A stretch of DNA of 64,000 bases from Escherichia phage vB_EcoM_G2494. Position 1 is the first letter of the stretch, and each line of letters starts with the position of its first letter. Below, in pieces: positions 26,750 to 36,444 of this stretch. The notes below the pieces were generated by a model that did not search any database, was not told the origin of the DNA, and was given only the letters and a program-made list of their open reading frames with translations. The stretch lies in sequence record MK327935.1; one strand, given 5' to 3'. A program made the position numbers and the translations under genes.

Positions 26750-26953
26750 TTAACCGTATACGCGAAAGTATTCTACTGATCCGTCGCTATACTGTTTTAC
26801 ATTGAATGTATTCACACCATGATCATTGCTCATAATGACATACACACTGCGACGCTCATCACTAAACGGGTTAACTGGTGCGGGTTCAATTTCAACATTA
26901 AAACCACGTTTAGCAAGTGCTTCGCCTAATTGCTTGAGTTTATCGGTAAACAT
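26750..26953 (-). CDS. hypothetical protein (67 aa)
   Basis: ORF between cd and pseT. Confidence 0.45.
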   Translation of the reverse strand: MFTDKLKQLGEALAKRGFNVEIEPAPVNPFSDERRSVYVIMSNDHGVNTFNVKQYSDGSVEYFRVYG

Positions 26954-27852
26954 TAAAAGTCTCCGTAGTTAACCTGAAAACATTCTACACCAATTGAGCG
27001 GTACATGTCAACCACTTGATCACGGTCATCTACTGCCAACACAACATGATAACGCGGTGCAATTTCAGAGAAGAAAATCTCTTTCTTCACTTCATGATCA
27101 GGACGACGATCATTAGTTTCACGTTGAAAGTGATCGCTAGGTTCAATACCCTGTTCACGCAACCATTGCAGAGTATCTTCTTCGCAAACATCCTCACGCC
27201 CTGAGCATGTAATGATACGATAACCATTATCACGATACAGTTTAAGCATTTCGATCACTTGCGGACGCGGTTTATCTTCTTTGACCTTTGTCCAGTCAAA
27301 CGGATGACGACCGCCCTTATCCGCTAATGTTCCATCAATATCAAAGATCACTGCCTTCGGCAGCATGGTATTCGGTTTGTATACTTCTTGACCCATATAT
27401 TCCTGCATCAGATAAAATTGGTTACGCAAATGAGAAAGTGGAATTGCTTTCTCGCCTCGATAGAAATTACGTTTCTTTAGTGTCTCAAATGATTCATTGA
27501 ACACTTGTTCAGTATACACCGCGTTAAATTCTTTTGCAAGTTCTTTGTAGAATACACGATGTTTTTCTTTCAGGTTAGTATCAGAGATAATGATACTTAA
27601 TCCGCGTGATAGAGTCTCACGAGCAATCATTCTCTGAATAGACTCTACCAGCTTTTCTTTTTCCTTAGTATACTTGTATTTCAAATGTGAGTCAACACCA
27701 AACAACATAAGACGAAGATCATCACGATTCACATTACGATAATTACTAAACCGGTTACATGTTTCCATAGCCCATGTAGTTTTACCAGACCTAGAACAAC
27801 CAACGGTTAAAATCACTTCACATTTCGGCATTATTTCTCCTTCGGTTTGCAC
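26953..27852 (-). CDS. pseT: polynucleotide 5'-kinase / 3'-phosphatase
   Basis: Walker A GCSRSGKTT, RDD motif, HAD motif DIDGTLA; 299 aa (T4 PseT 301). Confidence 0.85.
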   Translation of the reverse strand: MQTEGEIMPKCEVILTVGCSRSGKTTWAMETCNRFSNYRNVNRDDLRLMLFGVDSHLKYKYTKEKEKLVESIQRMIARETLSRGLSIIISDTNLKEKHRVFYKELAKEFNAVYTEQVFNESFETLKKRNFYRGEKAIPLSHLRNQFYLMQEYMGQEVYKPNTMLPKAVIFDIDGTLADKGGRHPFDWTKVKEDKPRPQVIEMLKLYRDNGYRIITCSGREDVCEEDTLQWLREQGIEPSDHFQRETNDRRPDHEVKKEIFFSEIAPRYHVVLAVDDRDQVVDMYRSIGVECFQVNYGDF

Positions 27853-28286
27853 CGTTCCTCATTAAGTTCTTTTCGATAATAACACATGATCAACTTACTT
27901 TCAAGTGTATATCTCTTAATATCCGCAAGCCAGACTCTGAATTTTTGGGAGTCCTCCCACGACATAGAAACTCTAGGTTTACCGTCTATTGTATCCACTT
28001 TCAGGTCAATGTCAACTTTTTCTATTGGTGCTGGTAGTTGAGGATGTAATTTCGGTTCCTGTGAATACTGGTCCATTGTACACGAAGAAAGAGCAAATAC
28101 AATAGGCACAGCGAAGACATGGATTATGGCGGTCTGAAAATTCTTATGTGCTTTCTTAAACATCCGGTGTATCACGAAAATTGAAAACACCATCAGGATA
28201 ATAATAATGCTTGCCCCTATCCCCAGATAATCAACCAGATTAAAATTGCTTATCTGCTCTTGCGTAGGCAATATTTCTATGCTCAT
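27831..28286 (-). CDS. putative outer-membrane spanin-like lipoprotein (o-spanin position)
   Basis: hydrophobic segment with lipobox LSSC; start ATGA-coupled to i-spanin stop with AAGGAGG RBS; alternative internal start at 28163. Confidence 0.4.
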   Translation of the reverse strand: MSIEILPTQEQISNFNLVDYLGIGASIIIILMVFSIFVIHRMFKKAHKNFQTAIIHVFAVPIVFALSSCTMDQYSQEPKLHPQLPAPIEKVDIDLKVDTIDGKPRVSMSWEDSQKFRVWLADIKRYTLESKLIMCYYRKELNEERCKPKEK

Positions 28287-28606
28287 TTAGTAGCCTCCTT
28301 TAATTCTTCGGTAAACTCCTTAAATGAATCATTAAGCTGTTTCTCTACCAACTTGGGTTTTTGTGCTACTACATAGCCTCGTGTAGCGTCTTTCATTGCT
28401 TTGTTTTGTTCTTCTGCAAACTTAGTTCTTATTCCGTACATCTCCTTTTGTAGTGAGTCTACGACCTTCATCTTTTCATCGGTCTTTTTCTTATACTCTG
28501 TAAATTCCCGATTCAGTCGATCTACCTCCTTTTTATTTTCCCACCACATATTGCCACCTACCCCTAGCAACACAGAGATGATAACAATGTATATCAGCTT
28601 TGACAT
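28283..28606 (-). CDS. putative inner-membrane spanin (Rz-like)
   Basis: N-terminal TM LIYIVIISVLLGVGG then coiled-coil; ORF track start 28657 over-extends into terminator hairpin. Confidence 0.5.
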   Translation of the reverse strand: MSKLIYIVIISVLLGVGGNMWWENKKEVDRLNREFTEYKKKTDEKMKVVDSLQKEMYGIRTKFAEEQNKAMKDATRGYVVAQKPKLVEKQLNDSFKEFTEELKEATK

Positions 28607-28650
28607 ATTACCCCCAACGACAAAAGGCGGGGAACTAGCCCCGCTTATTA

Positions 28651-29820
28651 TTACCAATCAATCTTATCAGCCGGAATCAGTTTCTTATAATTCCGTAGAT
28701 AGTAAGTTTTCATTGAATCCAGAATACGGTCATAATCAAGACCATCAAATGCAATCATCAGACACATGAAAATATATGCTTGTGCATCACCATGTTTACG
28801 TGATTCGATAGTCGCATTTGATGCATATGTCTTTCTGTCTTCTCCCGCGTGTGCGTTATAAAATTCTGTTGCTGTAGTGAAGGCATTGCGAAGAATAGAC
28901 CTGAATGCTTCCTCGAATAACTCGATTCGTTCCAGTGCTTCCGGTTCGCCTTCATATGCAGCACGCAAATCATCGGTTTCGCTTTCTACGACATAGTAGA
29001 TCAGGTTATTAGGAAACATCGATGTGTTTTTAATGTTATGCACACCAATATACCATTCACTCTTCACTTTGAACATTTGACCGTCTTTAGTGCGTGCAAC
29101 AATTCCTTCGATACCTTCTGCGGTCCGAACTTCATCAAGAATATTGCTAAAATGCGCTGAATCAACCTGTAACGCATTTACCAGATGAGGACGTAGGATT
29201 GCGTCAGCAAATAGCATTTGATGCGGTACGTACTCTCCTGTGACGTTATGGCGTACATTCAGAAGTGTTAGCGACGGTTCAGAATATTCTACAACAATTC
29301 GGTTGCTGGGTGCTGTATATTCAAAGTTGAAAGTATAATCAGACCCAATATCAGCAATCTTAGCGCGTAGATCCGCATACTTCTCTGAATACAGAAGACC
29401 GTTTGCTCTCTCTGCCTGGCTTGAGTACAAGGCCGCTTTAGACTTCAACTGAACATAGCCGTTATCAATGTAGGTGCTTACTAGACTACCGTCCATTTTG
29501 TCCATGACCATTTCCACATCTTCCGGCTTAAAGCGAGCGCGATCATTCTCACCCAAATTAAAAAACTTCTCCATAGGACGAGATGCGATGCGGACCGGAC
29601 GACCTTTATCGTCAATTTCAAACATGATCCCGCGACACTCTAACGCATCTGGTTTATTCCACATTTCCGGTTTGCTCAAGTACAGATAGCTAAAAATGCG
29701 CATACGGGTTTGCATCGCCGTAATTTCATCTTTGTAATAGAACGTATCAGATCCGTCACACAGTGCCATCAGATTTTTGAACAATGCTAAAACTTTTTTG
29801 TTGTTTTCTTTTGTTGACAT
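28651..29820 (-). CDS. rnlA: RNA ligase 1
   Basis: KxDG adenylation motif DKMDGSL; ALECRGIMFE and RIASRPMEKFFNL match T4 Rnl1; start may be an internal Met (overlap with denA). Confidence 0.8.
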   Translation of the reverse strand: MSTKENNKKVLALFKNLMALCDGSDTFYYKDEITAMQTRMRIFSYLYLSKPEMWNKPDALECRGIMFEIDDKGRPVRIASRPMEKFFNLGENDRARFKPEDVEMVMDKMDGSLVSTYIDNGYVQLKSKAALYSSQAERANGLLYSEKYADLRAKIADIGSDYTFNFEYTAPSNRIVVEYSEPSLTLLNVRHNVTGEYVPHQMLFADAILRPHLVNALQVDSAHFSNILDEVRTAEGIEGIVARTKDGQMFKVKSEWYIGVHNIKNTSMFPNNLIYYVVESETDDLRAAYEGEPEALERIELFEEAFRSILRNAFTTATEFYNAHAGEDRKTYASNATIESRKHGDAQAYIFMCLMIAFDGLDYDRILDSMKTYYLRNYKKLIPADKIDW

Positions 29821-30217
29821 AATTTGTGTTCCATTCTGGTTTAAATTTGGTGATCAAAACAGGTTCTTCGATATCGGCAGTGCTTATAATATCCTTACCC
29901 GTTGGATTCTCGATGTACAACTCAAAACACTGGCGGTAATAGAATGTTACTGTCTTACCTTCCTCTAGCGCCTTATGAATATTCTTACTCTTGCGAGTAT
30001 CCGCTGTTGGTGTTTGTCTGTTAATGCTGGTCCGGTAATAATTGATCCGCTTTCTGAGATTGACAGTCTGACCAATGTATACCAGTTCATCATCAACCAC
30101 AATAGCATAAAGAACATTTAAACGGTTCTTCTGAGGAGGTAGAATCACATCACCATCTTTACACTCTAAACATGAATATTTAACGAATCCATAGTTTTCT
30201 ATTAGCTCATTAATCAT
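29756..30217 (-). CDS. denA: endonuclease II (GIY-YIG-like)
   Basis: NVLYAIVVDDELVYIGQTVNLRKRINYYRT matches T4 DenA. Confidence 0.8.
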   Translation of the reverse strand: MINELIENYGFVKYSCLECKDGDVILPPQKNRLNVLYAIVVDDELVYIGQTVNLRKRINYYRTSINRQTPTADTRKSKNIHKALEEGKTVTFYYRQCFELYIENPTGKDIISTADIEEPVLITKFKPEWNTNYVNKRKQQKSFSIVQKSDGTV

Positions 30218-30267
30218 TATCCTTTCCTCACGTCACAACAAAGGCGGGATTTCTCCCGCCCACCTTA

Positions 30268-30666
30268 TTAACTTTCCAGAATATCGCGAGCTTCGTTACG
30301 CTCCTTGATGATTTTCAGGACAAATTCCAGTTTTTCTTTGTTTAGTGTTCCGTTTTCCATTGCTTCTTTGACGGTAAACACTCCGCCACCTTGCCCGTAT
30401 ACAGTGACAGTGATTTCACCTAACATCGTGGTATGAAAACCTCCAATTTTCGGTGATTCGAAAGAAACAATTACCTCGCGGACAGTATTACCGTCGTTGA
30501 TTTCTGAGAGGGTAATGTCGTTTTTGTAGGCGGTTGCTTTAACCATACGGATCAGCATAGTCTGATCTGGGGAGATGGTCATTTTGTCCATTGCATGTTG
30601 CAATGCAGCGTAACCGAAAACTTTAACGAAGTCCAGAACATCTTTGCGAGTTTGAAATTTAATCAT
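30268..30666 (-). CDS. hypothetical protein (132 aa)
   Basis: ORF with cassette promoter upstream. Confidence 0.5.
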   Translation of the reverse strand: MIKFQTRKDVLDFVKVFGYAALQHAMDKMTISPDQTMLIRMVKATAYKNDITLSEINDGNTVREVIVSFESPKIGGFHTTMLGEITVTVYGQGGGVFTVKEAMENGTLNKEKLEFVLKIIKERNEARDILES

Positions 30667-30736
30667 CTTGATACTCCTTAGTAAGTTAGTTTCGTTTCGA
30701 TGGGGGTATATTACTACCCCCGTTTCATGCTGTCAA

Positions 30737-30955
30737 CTACTTTTTAATGACAAGTTCGAATTTTGCTACCTTGCGTCCTCGTTTATTGAAAGCAACCCAC
30801 GGACGGTTTTCAATGTAGAACAATTCTTCGCCAATAATGAATACTGGCTGATTGTAAAGGCGACCCATCAGGTCACGCTGGCGAATGGTAGTAGATTCGT
30901 ATACTTCGCCTACTACAAAGTGCTTGCTGATAGAGTCGGTGCAAGTAAATTTCAT
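30737..30955 (-). CDS. hypothetical protein (72 aa), VAKFE-family
   Basis: C-terminus VAKFELVIKK resembles 59493-59699 protein. Confidence 0.5.
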   Translation of the reverse strand: MKFTCTDSISKHFVVGEVYESTTIRQRDLMGRLYNQPVFIIGEELFYIENRPWVAFNKRGRKVAKFELVIKK

Positions 30956-31024
30956 TTTGATTCTCCTTTGTTTCGTTTCGATGGGGGTATATTACTACCC
31001 CCGTTATTCAGTGTCAACTACTTT

Positions 31025-31243
31025 TTACTTGTTGTATTCATTCCACCATTGGGTTAGCTTATCAATTATTTTTGTGTTTCTATCCAACTTCTCCCACCGT
31101 TTTCTAGGGTTTATCAACCGGAATAGGTAAGGTGTACTTGTTAAGTGGACTCGGTCAATGCAGTGATTGATGTACTGCTTTTCAATTCTAAGTTTCATCT
31201 TTTTACGATGAAAATATGCAATGACTTGTTCTTCTGTTTCCAT
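31025..31243 (-). CDS. hypothetical protein (72 aa)
   Basis: ORF. Confidence 0.45.
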   Translation of the reverse strand: METEEQVIAYFHRKKMKLRIEKQYINHCIDRVHLTSTPYLFRLINPRKRWEKLDRNTKIIDKLTQWWNEYNK

Positions 31244-31343
31244 ATGTTCCTCCGTTTAGATGTGCGTATTATGCTATGGCAAGATCAGATTGTCAACACC
31301 CAATAACAAAAAAGTCGCCACTATGGGCGACTTTGAACAAACA

Positions 31344-31820
31344 TTAATCATGACCGTGATTTGCAATATCCGCTCGCGTCTTATCTTTGTGATTTCCTAC
31401 GTCAAAGACACGATAACCATTTTCACGCAAAACTTTAATCACTTCTGGGTTATCCTCAAAGACTCCGACAACTTCATCCTTATCAAAGGATTTAATTACC
31501 TCTAATTTGATGTGATAGTCTTTACGGGAATCGGTACGGCCTCTCATAAAGATTTTATCAAAACACACCCCGTTAGAAATTAACCAATCAATTGTTTCCA
31601 TGTAAGCATGTGAACTTCGTCCGGTGAGGATGTAAATCAAATGCCCGTTGTCGGAAAGAGCATTAATAACACGAATTACATCGTAAATGGGGGAATCTCC
31701 CCCACATGCCTTGTTATATTCGATCCATGACTCGACTTTATCAAGATTTTCGGTTGGCATCTTTGCTAGTCGATGTGTTGGATCTGTAATCGTAAAATCT
31801 AAATCGACAAAATATATCAT
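31344..31820 (-). CDS. HAD-superfamily phosphatase-like protein
   Basis: N-terminal DxDxT motif FVDLDFTIT. Confidence 0.55.
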   Translation of the reverse strand: MIYFVDLDFTITDPTHRLAKMPTENLDKVESWIEYNKACGGDSPIYDVIRVINALSDNGHLIYILTGRSSHAYMETIDWLISNGVCFDKIFMRGRTDSRKDYHIKLEVIKSFDKDEVVGVFEDNPEVIKVLRENGYRVFDVGNHKDKTRADIANHGHD

Positions 31821-33007
31821 AGATATTTCCCGAATCGGTTGTAGTCATCGTCTGTTAAATCGGTATTAACCTGAGATACCAGATACATGATCTCTACTTC
31901 TTGCGCCGCGTTTTGAACTTCGTCAGAGTTTAACCACTTACGCATCCACGGTAAAGGATGACGACGAACACTAAACGGGCTTTTCAGTCCGGCAGCACGC
32001 ATACGGGAATCTGCCAGGTATTCTACATAGGTTTTCAGAATTTCCGGTGACAGGTTAGGAATTGCCCCCATTGCGAATAGGTGGTCTACCCATTCTTTTT
32101 CTTGCTCGACAACATCCAGAAAGATTTTCGTTGCTTCGCCTTCAAGTTCTTCCGCAATCTGTTTCCACTCATCACCATCAACCCCAGTTTGCCATTGACG
32201 AATAATGTATTGTGTGCCTTTTAAGTGAAGTTGTTCATCACGCGCAATAAATTTCATGATCTTCGCGTTACCTTCCAGTAAACCACGTTCGGCAAAGCTG
32301 AAAGTACATGCAAAGGACACATAAAAACGGATTGCTTCCAGTGCATTTACGCAGTGTGCACACAGATAAATCGAAGCCATCAGATCTCGTTTTGTGTCTT
32401 CAAAAAATCTTCTTGCATCATCTAATTCTGTCTGATCGTCTCGTTCTTCCCAATAGTGGTGGAGAACTTCTTCTTCCCAATAGCGGAGATCTTCTTTTGC
32501 ATTCTCATACTTACGAATCCAATAGAGAACATCATCATAATATTTCCCGATAGATTCCGCTCGCTTCATGATAGAAGGGTTATCGATGATCTGGTCGAAC
32601 TCACTAGCAGGATCAATAAAACAGTTACGCATAATGTGTGTATAGCTTCTGCTATGAATCGTTTCGCTGAATGTCCATGTTTGCAACCATGTATCGAGAG
32701 TTGGATCAGATACAATTGGACCAAATACACGGGCTGGCGCTCTGCCTTGAATCGAATCTAGCAAAGTTTGATAACGTAAGTTCTCGGTGAAGAAACGCTT
32801 TTCAACATCGCTCATATTCAGATATTGAATGCGGTCAGTTGCAAGTGAAATCTCTTCTGGACGCCAGAAAAATGACAACTGCTTCTCGATCAACTCTTCA
32901 AATACTTGATGACGCTGAATATCATAACGGGCAATCCCTAAATCACTACCAAAAAACATCGGTTCGGTCATAATATCAACATGTTCACGATTAAATACGC
33001 TCATCAC
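31817..33007 (-). CDS. nrdB: ribonucleotide reductase small subunit
   Basis: 396 aa; diiron ligand region LEGEATKIFLD...; uninterrupted (no intron). Confidence 0.85.
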   Translation of the reverse strand: MMSVFNREHVDIMTEPMFFGSDLGIARYDIQRHQVFEELIEKQLSFFWRPEEISLATDRIQYLNMSDVEKRFFTENLRYQTLLDSIQGRAPARVFGPIVSDPTLDTWLQTWTFSETIHSRSYTHIMRNCFIDPASEFDQIIDNPSIMKRAESIGKYYDDVLYWIRKYENAKEDLRYWEEEVLHHYWEERDDQTELDDARRFFEDTKRDLMASIYLCAHCVNALEAIRFYVSFACTFSFAERGLLEGNAKIMKFIARDEQLHLKGTQYIIRQWQTGVDGDEWKQIAEELEGEATKIFLDVVEQEKEWVDHLFAMGAIPNLSPEILKTYVEYLADSRMRAAGLKSPFSVRRHPLPWMRKWLNSDEVQNAAQEVEIMYLVSQVNTDLTDDDYNRFGKYL

Positions 33008-33546
33008 TATTCTCCATCAATTTTGTTTATATTGTAGCCCATGTTGCCTTTTTCTATTTCTCTCAACGCAACTGAATTAAACGCTCTTGCCGCATCTTGT
33101 TCGCTATCAAATCTCCCTATATGAACACTCTTTCCTTGTATATTAATATGAACTAGCCATCTATTTGTGTACTTACACCAACTTACCCCGTTATATTTTG
33201 ATGATGCACCTTTAAATTTAGTTCTGTTTCTATTATTGACAGAATAATCAGTACCTCGTAAATTTTCTATATGATTGTTCAGCTTGTTTCGGTCGATGTG
33301 ATCTATAACTTTAGGCTTATGCCCGTGAAACATATGATAAATCACATGATGTATTAACTTCTTTCTATTGTCTACTGTTAGTTGAAGATATCCCCCATTA
33401 TGTGGACTTCCAACCTCATCACCAACTTTAACTTTATTGCTTGTTGAAACCTTTCTGAAAAGTTTACCATCTTCGTATTTAAATAGATAATGATACCTTT
33501 CGTAAAGTATTCGGTCCTCTTCCGTATAATGTATTACCTCATACAT
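33007..33546 (-). mobile_element. HNH-AP2 homing endonuclease (mobE position between nrdB and nrdA)
   Basis: HNH region HHVIYHMFHG...HIDRNKLNN plus AP2-like YNGVSWCKYTNRWLVHI...GRFDSEQDAARAFN. Confidence 0.7.
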
Positions 33547-33556
33547 AATATTTTAC

Positions 33557-33724
33557 TCACTTTTTAACACAAAATAACTTAGTATTTCTGTTTACTTCGC
33601 TATCCCGCTGCAATTCCTGCACAGCTTCAAAACAATTTTGATATGATGAAAACTCTACGCTGGTAACAGTTCCTTTATTATATACGCCTACGCTAACGGA
33701 AAGCAATAACCATAATGTAGCCAT
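33557..33724 (-). CDS. small hydrophobic protein (55 aa)
   Basis: MATLWLLLSVSVG...; tandem paralog of next gene; not in ORF track. Confidence 0.45.
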   Translation of the reverse strand: MATLWLLLSVSVGVYNKGTVTSVEFSSYQNCFEAVQELQRDSEVNRNTKLFCVKK

Positions 33725-33897
33725 TAGTTCACCTTTTGTTTTTCAACGCAATATAGATTCATAAAGCGTTTATTGTCTTCGCTGATAATCTCGCGAGCTT
33801 TAACGCAATCCTGCTTTGTTGCAAACTCAATGCTTGACATATTTCCGTAATTATACATTGAATTGCTTATTGCAATCAATAACCATACAGTAGCCAT
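33724..33897 (-). CDS. small hydrophobic protein (57 aa)
   Basis: MATVWLLIAISNS...; start overlaps upstream stop. Confidence 0.45.
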   Translation of the reverse strand: MATVWLLIAISNSMYNYGNMSSIEFATKQDCVKAREIISEDNKRFMNLYCVEKQKVN

Positions 33898-34064
33898 TAT
33901 CCGACAACCTCAAAACATTTATCATCAGGAAGAATCGCCCATTCTACACCGTATTCATCCTCGACGTAGTAGCAAGTCCCATCATGTCGAGCATCATATT
34001 CATCACCAACAACAAAGCTATCAGCTAGTTCAAAATCTACAGCAACACATTTTAATTTGGTCAT
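33897..34064 (-). CDS. small acidic protein (55 aa)
   Basis: ATG at 34064 with GAGGA RBS; ORF track 76-aa call over-extends into promoter. Confidence 0.5.
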   Translation of the reverse strand: MTKLKCVAVDFELADSFVVGDEYDARHDGTCYYVEDEYGVEWAILPDDKCFEVVG

Positions 34065-34095
34065 AATAAAATCCTCACTTGTTTTTGATGGTTGT

Positions 34096-34124
34096 ATTAT
34101 AGCGGGGATTTCTCCCCGCGTCAA
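34096..34124 (-). promoter_or_regulatory. sigma70-like early promoter
   Basis: TTGACG, palindromic spacer CGGGGAGAAATCCCCGC, TATAAT. Confidence 0.55.
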
Positions 34125-34132
34125 CACTTATT

Positions 34133-36376
34133 TTACAGCTTGCAAGATGAGCACTCGCTAGCGTCTTCCGTACCATCTGCACCGTCGCGAACGTTCGCAT
34201 AATACAGGGTTTTCAGACCGTAATATTGAGCAAACAACATATCATCTAATACATCAGCAATATCGACTTTACCAGTCTTATAAGTGCTTGGATCGTAGGA
34301 TGTGTTGGAACTAATCGCCTGATCTACAAACTTCTGCATGATCGCTGCCAGTGTCAGATAAGGCTTGTTACCTTTCTTGATCAGTGTCCAAAGCAGGTCA
34401 ATAACATCAGCATTATTCTCTACGTTCGGAATAACCTGATTAAATTGCCCTTCTTTCGATCCTTTAACCGATACAATACCGCGAGGCGGTTCAATACCGT
34501 TTGTGCTGTTAGATACCTGAGAAGACGACTCACAAGGCATCAGAGCCGAAAGCGTACTGTTACGAATGCCATATTTTTTCAGGTCTTCGCGCAGTTCTTC
34601 CCAATCCATCTCATATACCGGATCAACCAGTTCATCTACTGTCTTTTTGTACCAGTCGATAGGCAGTTCACCGCGTCCATAACGTGTTTCGTGCATCAGT
34701 TCGCAAGCACCCTTCTCTTTAGCCAGTTGCACACTAGCCTTAATCAGAGCATATTGCAAGCGTTCAAACGTTTTATGCGTAAACTCGTTAGCGTCTTCAT
34801 ATGTGAAGAAATTATCCGCGAGATACGATGCAAAGTTAGTCACCCCAACACCCAGAGAGCGACGTTTTTTGGCTGTCAGAGCTTGCTCTACAGGATAATC
34901 CTGGTAATCTAACAGGTTGTCAAGTGCACGCACCATAACCATAGCAATGCGTTCTACTTCTTCCATATTTTCGATATCAAAGTTTCCTAAAACATATGCT
35001 GCCAAAGTACATAGGCTGATCTCTGAATCATCACGACCCATCGGTTTTGTAGGCAGAGCAATTTCACAACACAGGTTGGATTGTTTAATCGGTGCTACAT
35101 TACGAATAAACGCCCCGTGATTGTTCATGTTGTCTGTGAACGTTGGGTAGATTCGACCAGTGTTAAAACGTTCAATTGCCACCGCTAAAAACAGGTCTTC
35201 GGCTTTAACACGAGTTTTACGAACACTCGGATCTTTTTCCAGTTTTTCGTAAAGCTGGCGGAAACCTTCCTCATCTCGGAAGTATAGATCCCACAACAAG
35301 CCACCTGCAACATCTGGACTAAACAGAGTAATGTAATCCCGTTTAAGGAATCGCTCTACCATCAGGTTATTAATCTGTACGCCGTAATCAAGATGACGAA
35401 TGCGGTTATCTTCCACCCCCTTATTGTTCTTTAACACAATCAGACTTTCAAACTCTAAATGCCACATTGGGTAATAGAGAGTCGCCGCCCCGCCACGAAT
35501 ACCGCCTTGTGAGCATGACTTAACGGCAGTCTGAAAATGTTTCCAGAATGGGATAACGCCAGTATGACGAACTTCACCATGCCCGATCTTAGATCCTTCC
35601 GCGCGAATCATGCCAGCGTTGATACCGATACCAGCACGCTTGCTAATATACTTGATGATTGCATTTGCTGTTTCGTTGATGCCCTGCAATGAGTCATCAC
35701 TTTCAATCACCACACACGAACTAAATTGGCGTGTTGGGGTACGCACACCTGCCATAATCGGAGTAGGCAGAGAGATTTGCTTATTCGCAACAGCATTATA
35801 AAAATCAATCACATGTTCAAGTCGATTTTCGGTCTCTTCTTGATGCAAGCACATACCGATCAGCATATACGCAAATTGCGGTGTTTCGATGATTTTCTTA
35901 GTGCTGCGATCCTGAACAAGATATTTCTCTTTTAACTGCATCGCACCAGCATAGGTCATTTTAAAATCAAGTTTATGGTCGATGAATTTCTCCAGATATT
36001 CCACTTCTTCACGGGAATACTTTTGCAGAATTTCGCGATCATATTTTCCGATTGCAATATTACGCTCAATATGGCTATAAAAATCAATAGGTTGGAATTG
36101 ACCGTATACTGATTTACGAAGCGCGAACATTGCAAGGTTACTTGCTACATATTGATAATCGGGTGTTTCTACCGTGATGTTATCTGCGGCGACCTTAATC
36201 AATACTTTCTGGATATCATTGGTAGACATACCTTCTGTCAGAAGTGGTTCAACCATATCAAACAATTCATATGGATCAACGTTATGACCTTCGGCTGCCG
36301 CTTCCAGAATTTTCATTACTTTTTCTTTTTCAAACGGAACAGTCAGACCGGAAGACTTAACAACATTTTTAATCAT
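34133..36376 (-). CDS. nrdA: ribonucleotide reductase large subunit
   Basis: 747 aa; class Ia catalytic Cys region and C-terminal CxxC; ATP-cone N-terminus. Confidence 0.9.
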   Translation of the reverse strand: MIKNVVKSSGLTVPFEKEKVMKILEAAAEGHNVDPYELFDMVEPLLTEGMSTNDIQKVLIKVAADNITVETPDYQYVASNLAMFALRKSVYGQFQPIDFYSHIERNIAIGKYDREILQKYSREEVEYLEKFIDHKLDFKMTYAGAMQLKEKYLVQDRSTKKIIETPQFAYMLIGMCLHQEETENRLEHVIDFYNAVANKQISLPTPIMAGVRTPTRQFSSCVVIESDDSLQGINETANAIIKYISKRAGIGINAGMIRAEGSKIGHGEVRHTGVIPFWKHFQTAVKSCSQGGIRGGAATLYYPMWHLEFESLIVLKNNKGVEDNRIRHLDYGVQINNLMVERFLKRDYITLFSPDVAGGLLWDLYFRDEEGFRQLYEKLEKDPSVRKTRVKAEDLFLAVAIERFNTGRIYPTFTDNMNNHGAFIRNVAPIKQSNLCCEIALPTKPMGRDDSEISLCTLAAYVLGNFDIENMEEVERIAMVMVRALDNLLDYQDYPVEQALTAKKRRSLGVGVTNFASYLADNFFTYEDANEFTHKTFERLQYALIKASVQLAKEKGACELMHETRYGRGELPIDWYKKTVDELVDPVYEMDWEELREDLKKYGIRNSTLSALMPCESSSQVSNSTNGIEPPRGIVSVKGSKEGQFNQVIPNVENNADVIDLLWTLIKKGNKPYLTLAAIMQKFVDQAISSNTSYDPSTYKTGKVDIADVLDDMLFAQYYGLKTLYYANVRDGADGTEDASECSSCKL

Positions 36377-36444
36377 ATTACCTCACTTCATATTTTAGCA
36401 GGAACAAGTTTATCCTCCATATTGGGGGCTTTCGCCCCCTTTGT

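Noticed and set aside
31817-33007. Possible intron in nrdB (as in T4)
   Set aside because: The 396-aa ORF is uninterrupted and of normal length.
34445-34912. 155-aa plus-strand ORF inside nrdA
   Set aside because: Antisense to nrdA; shadow ORF.
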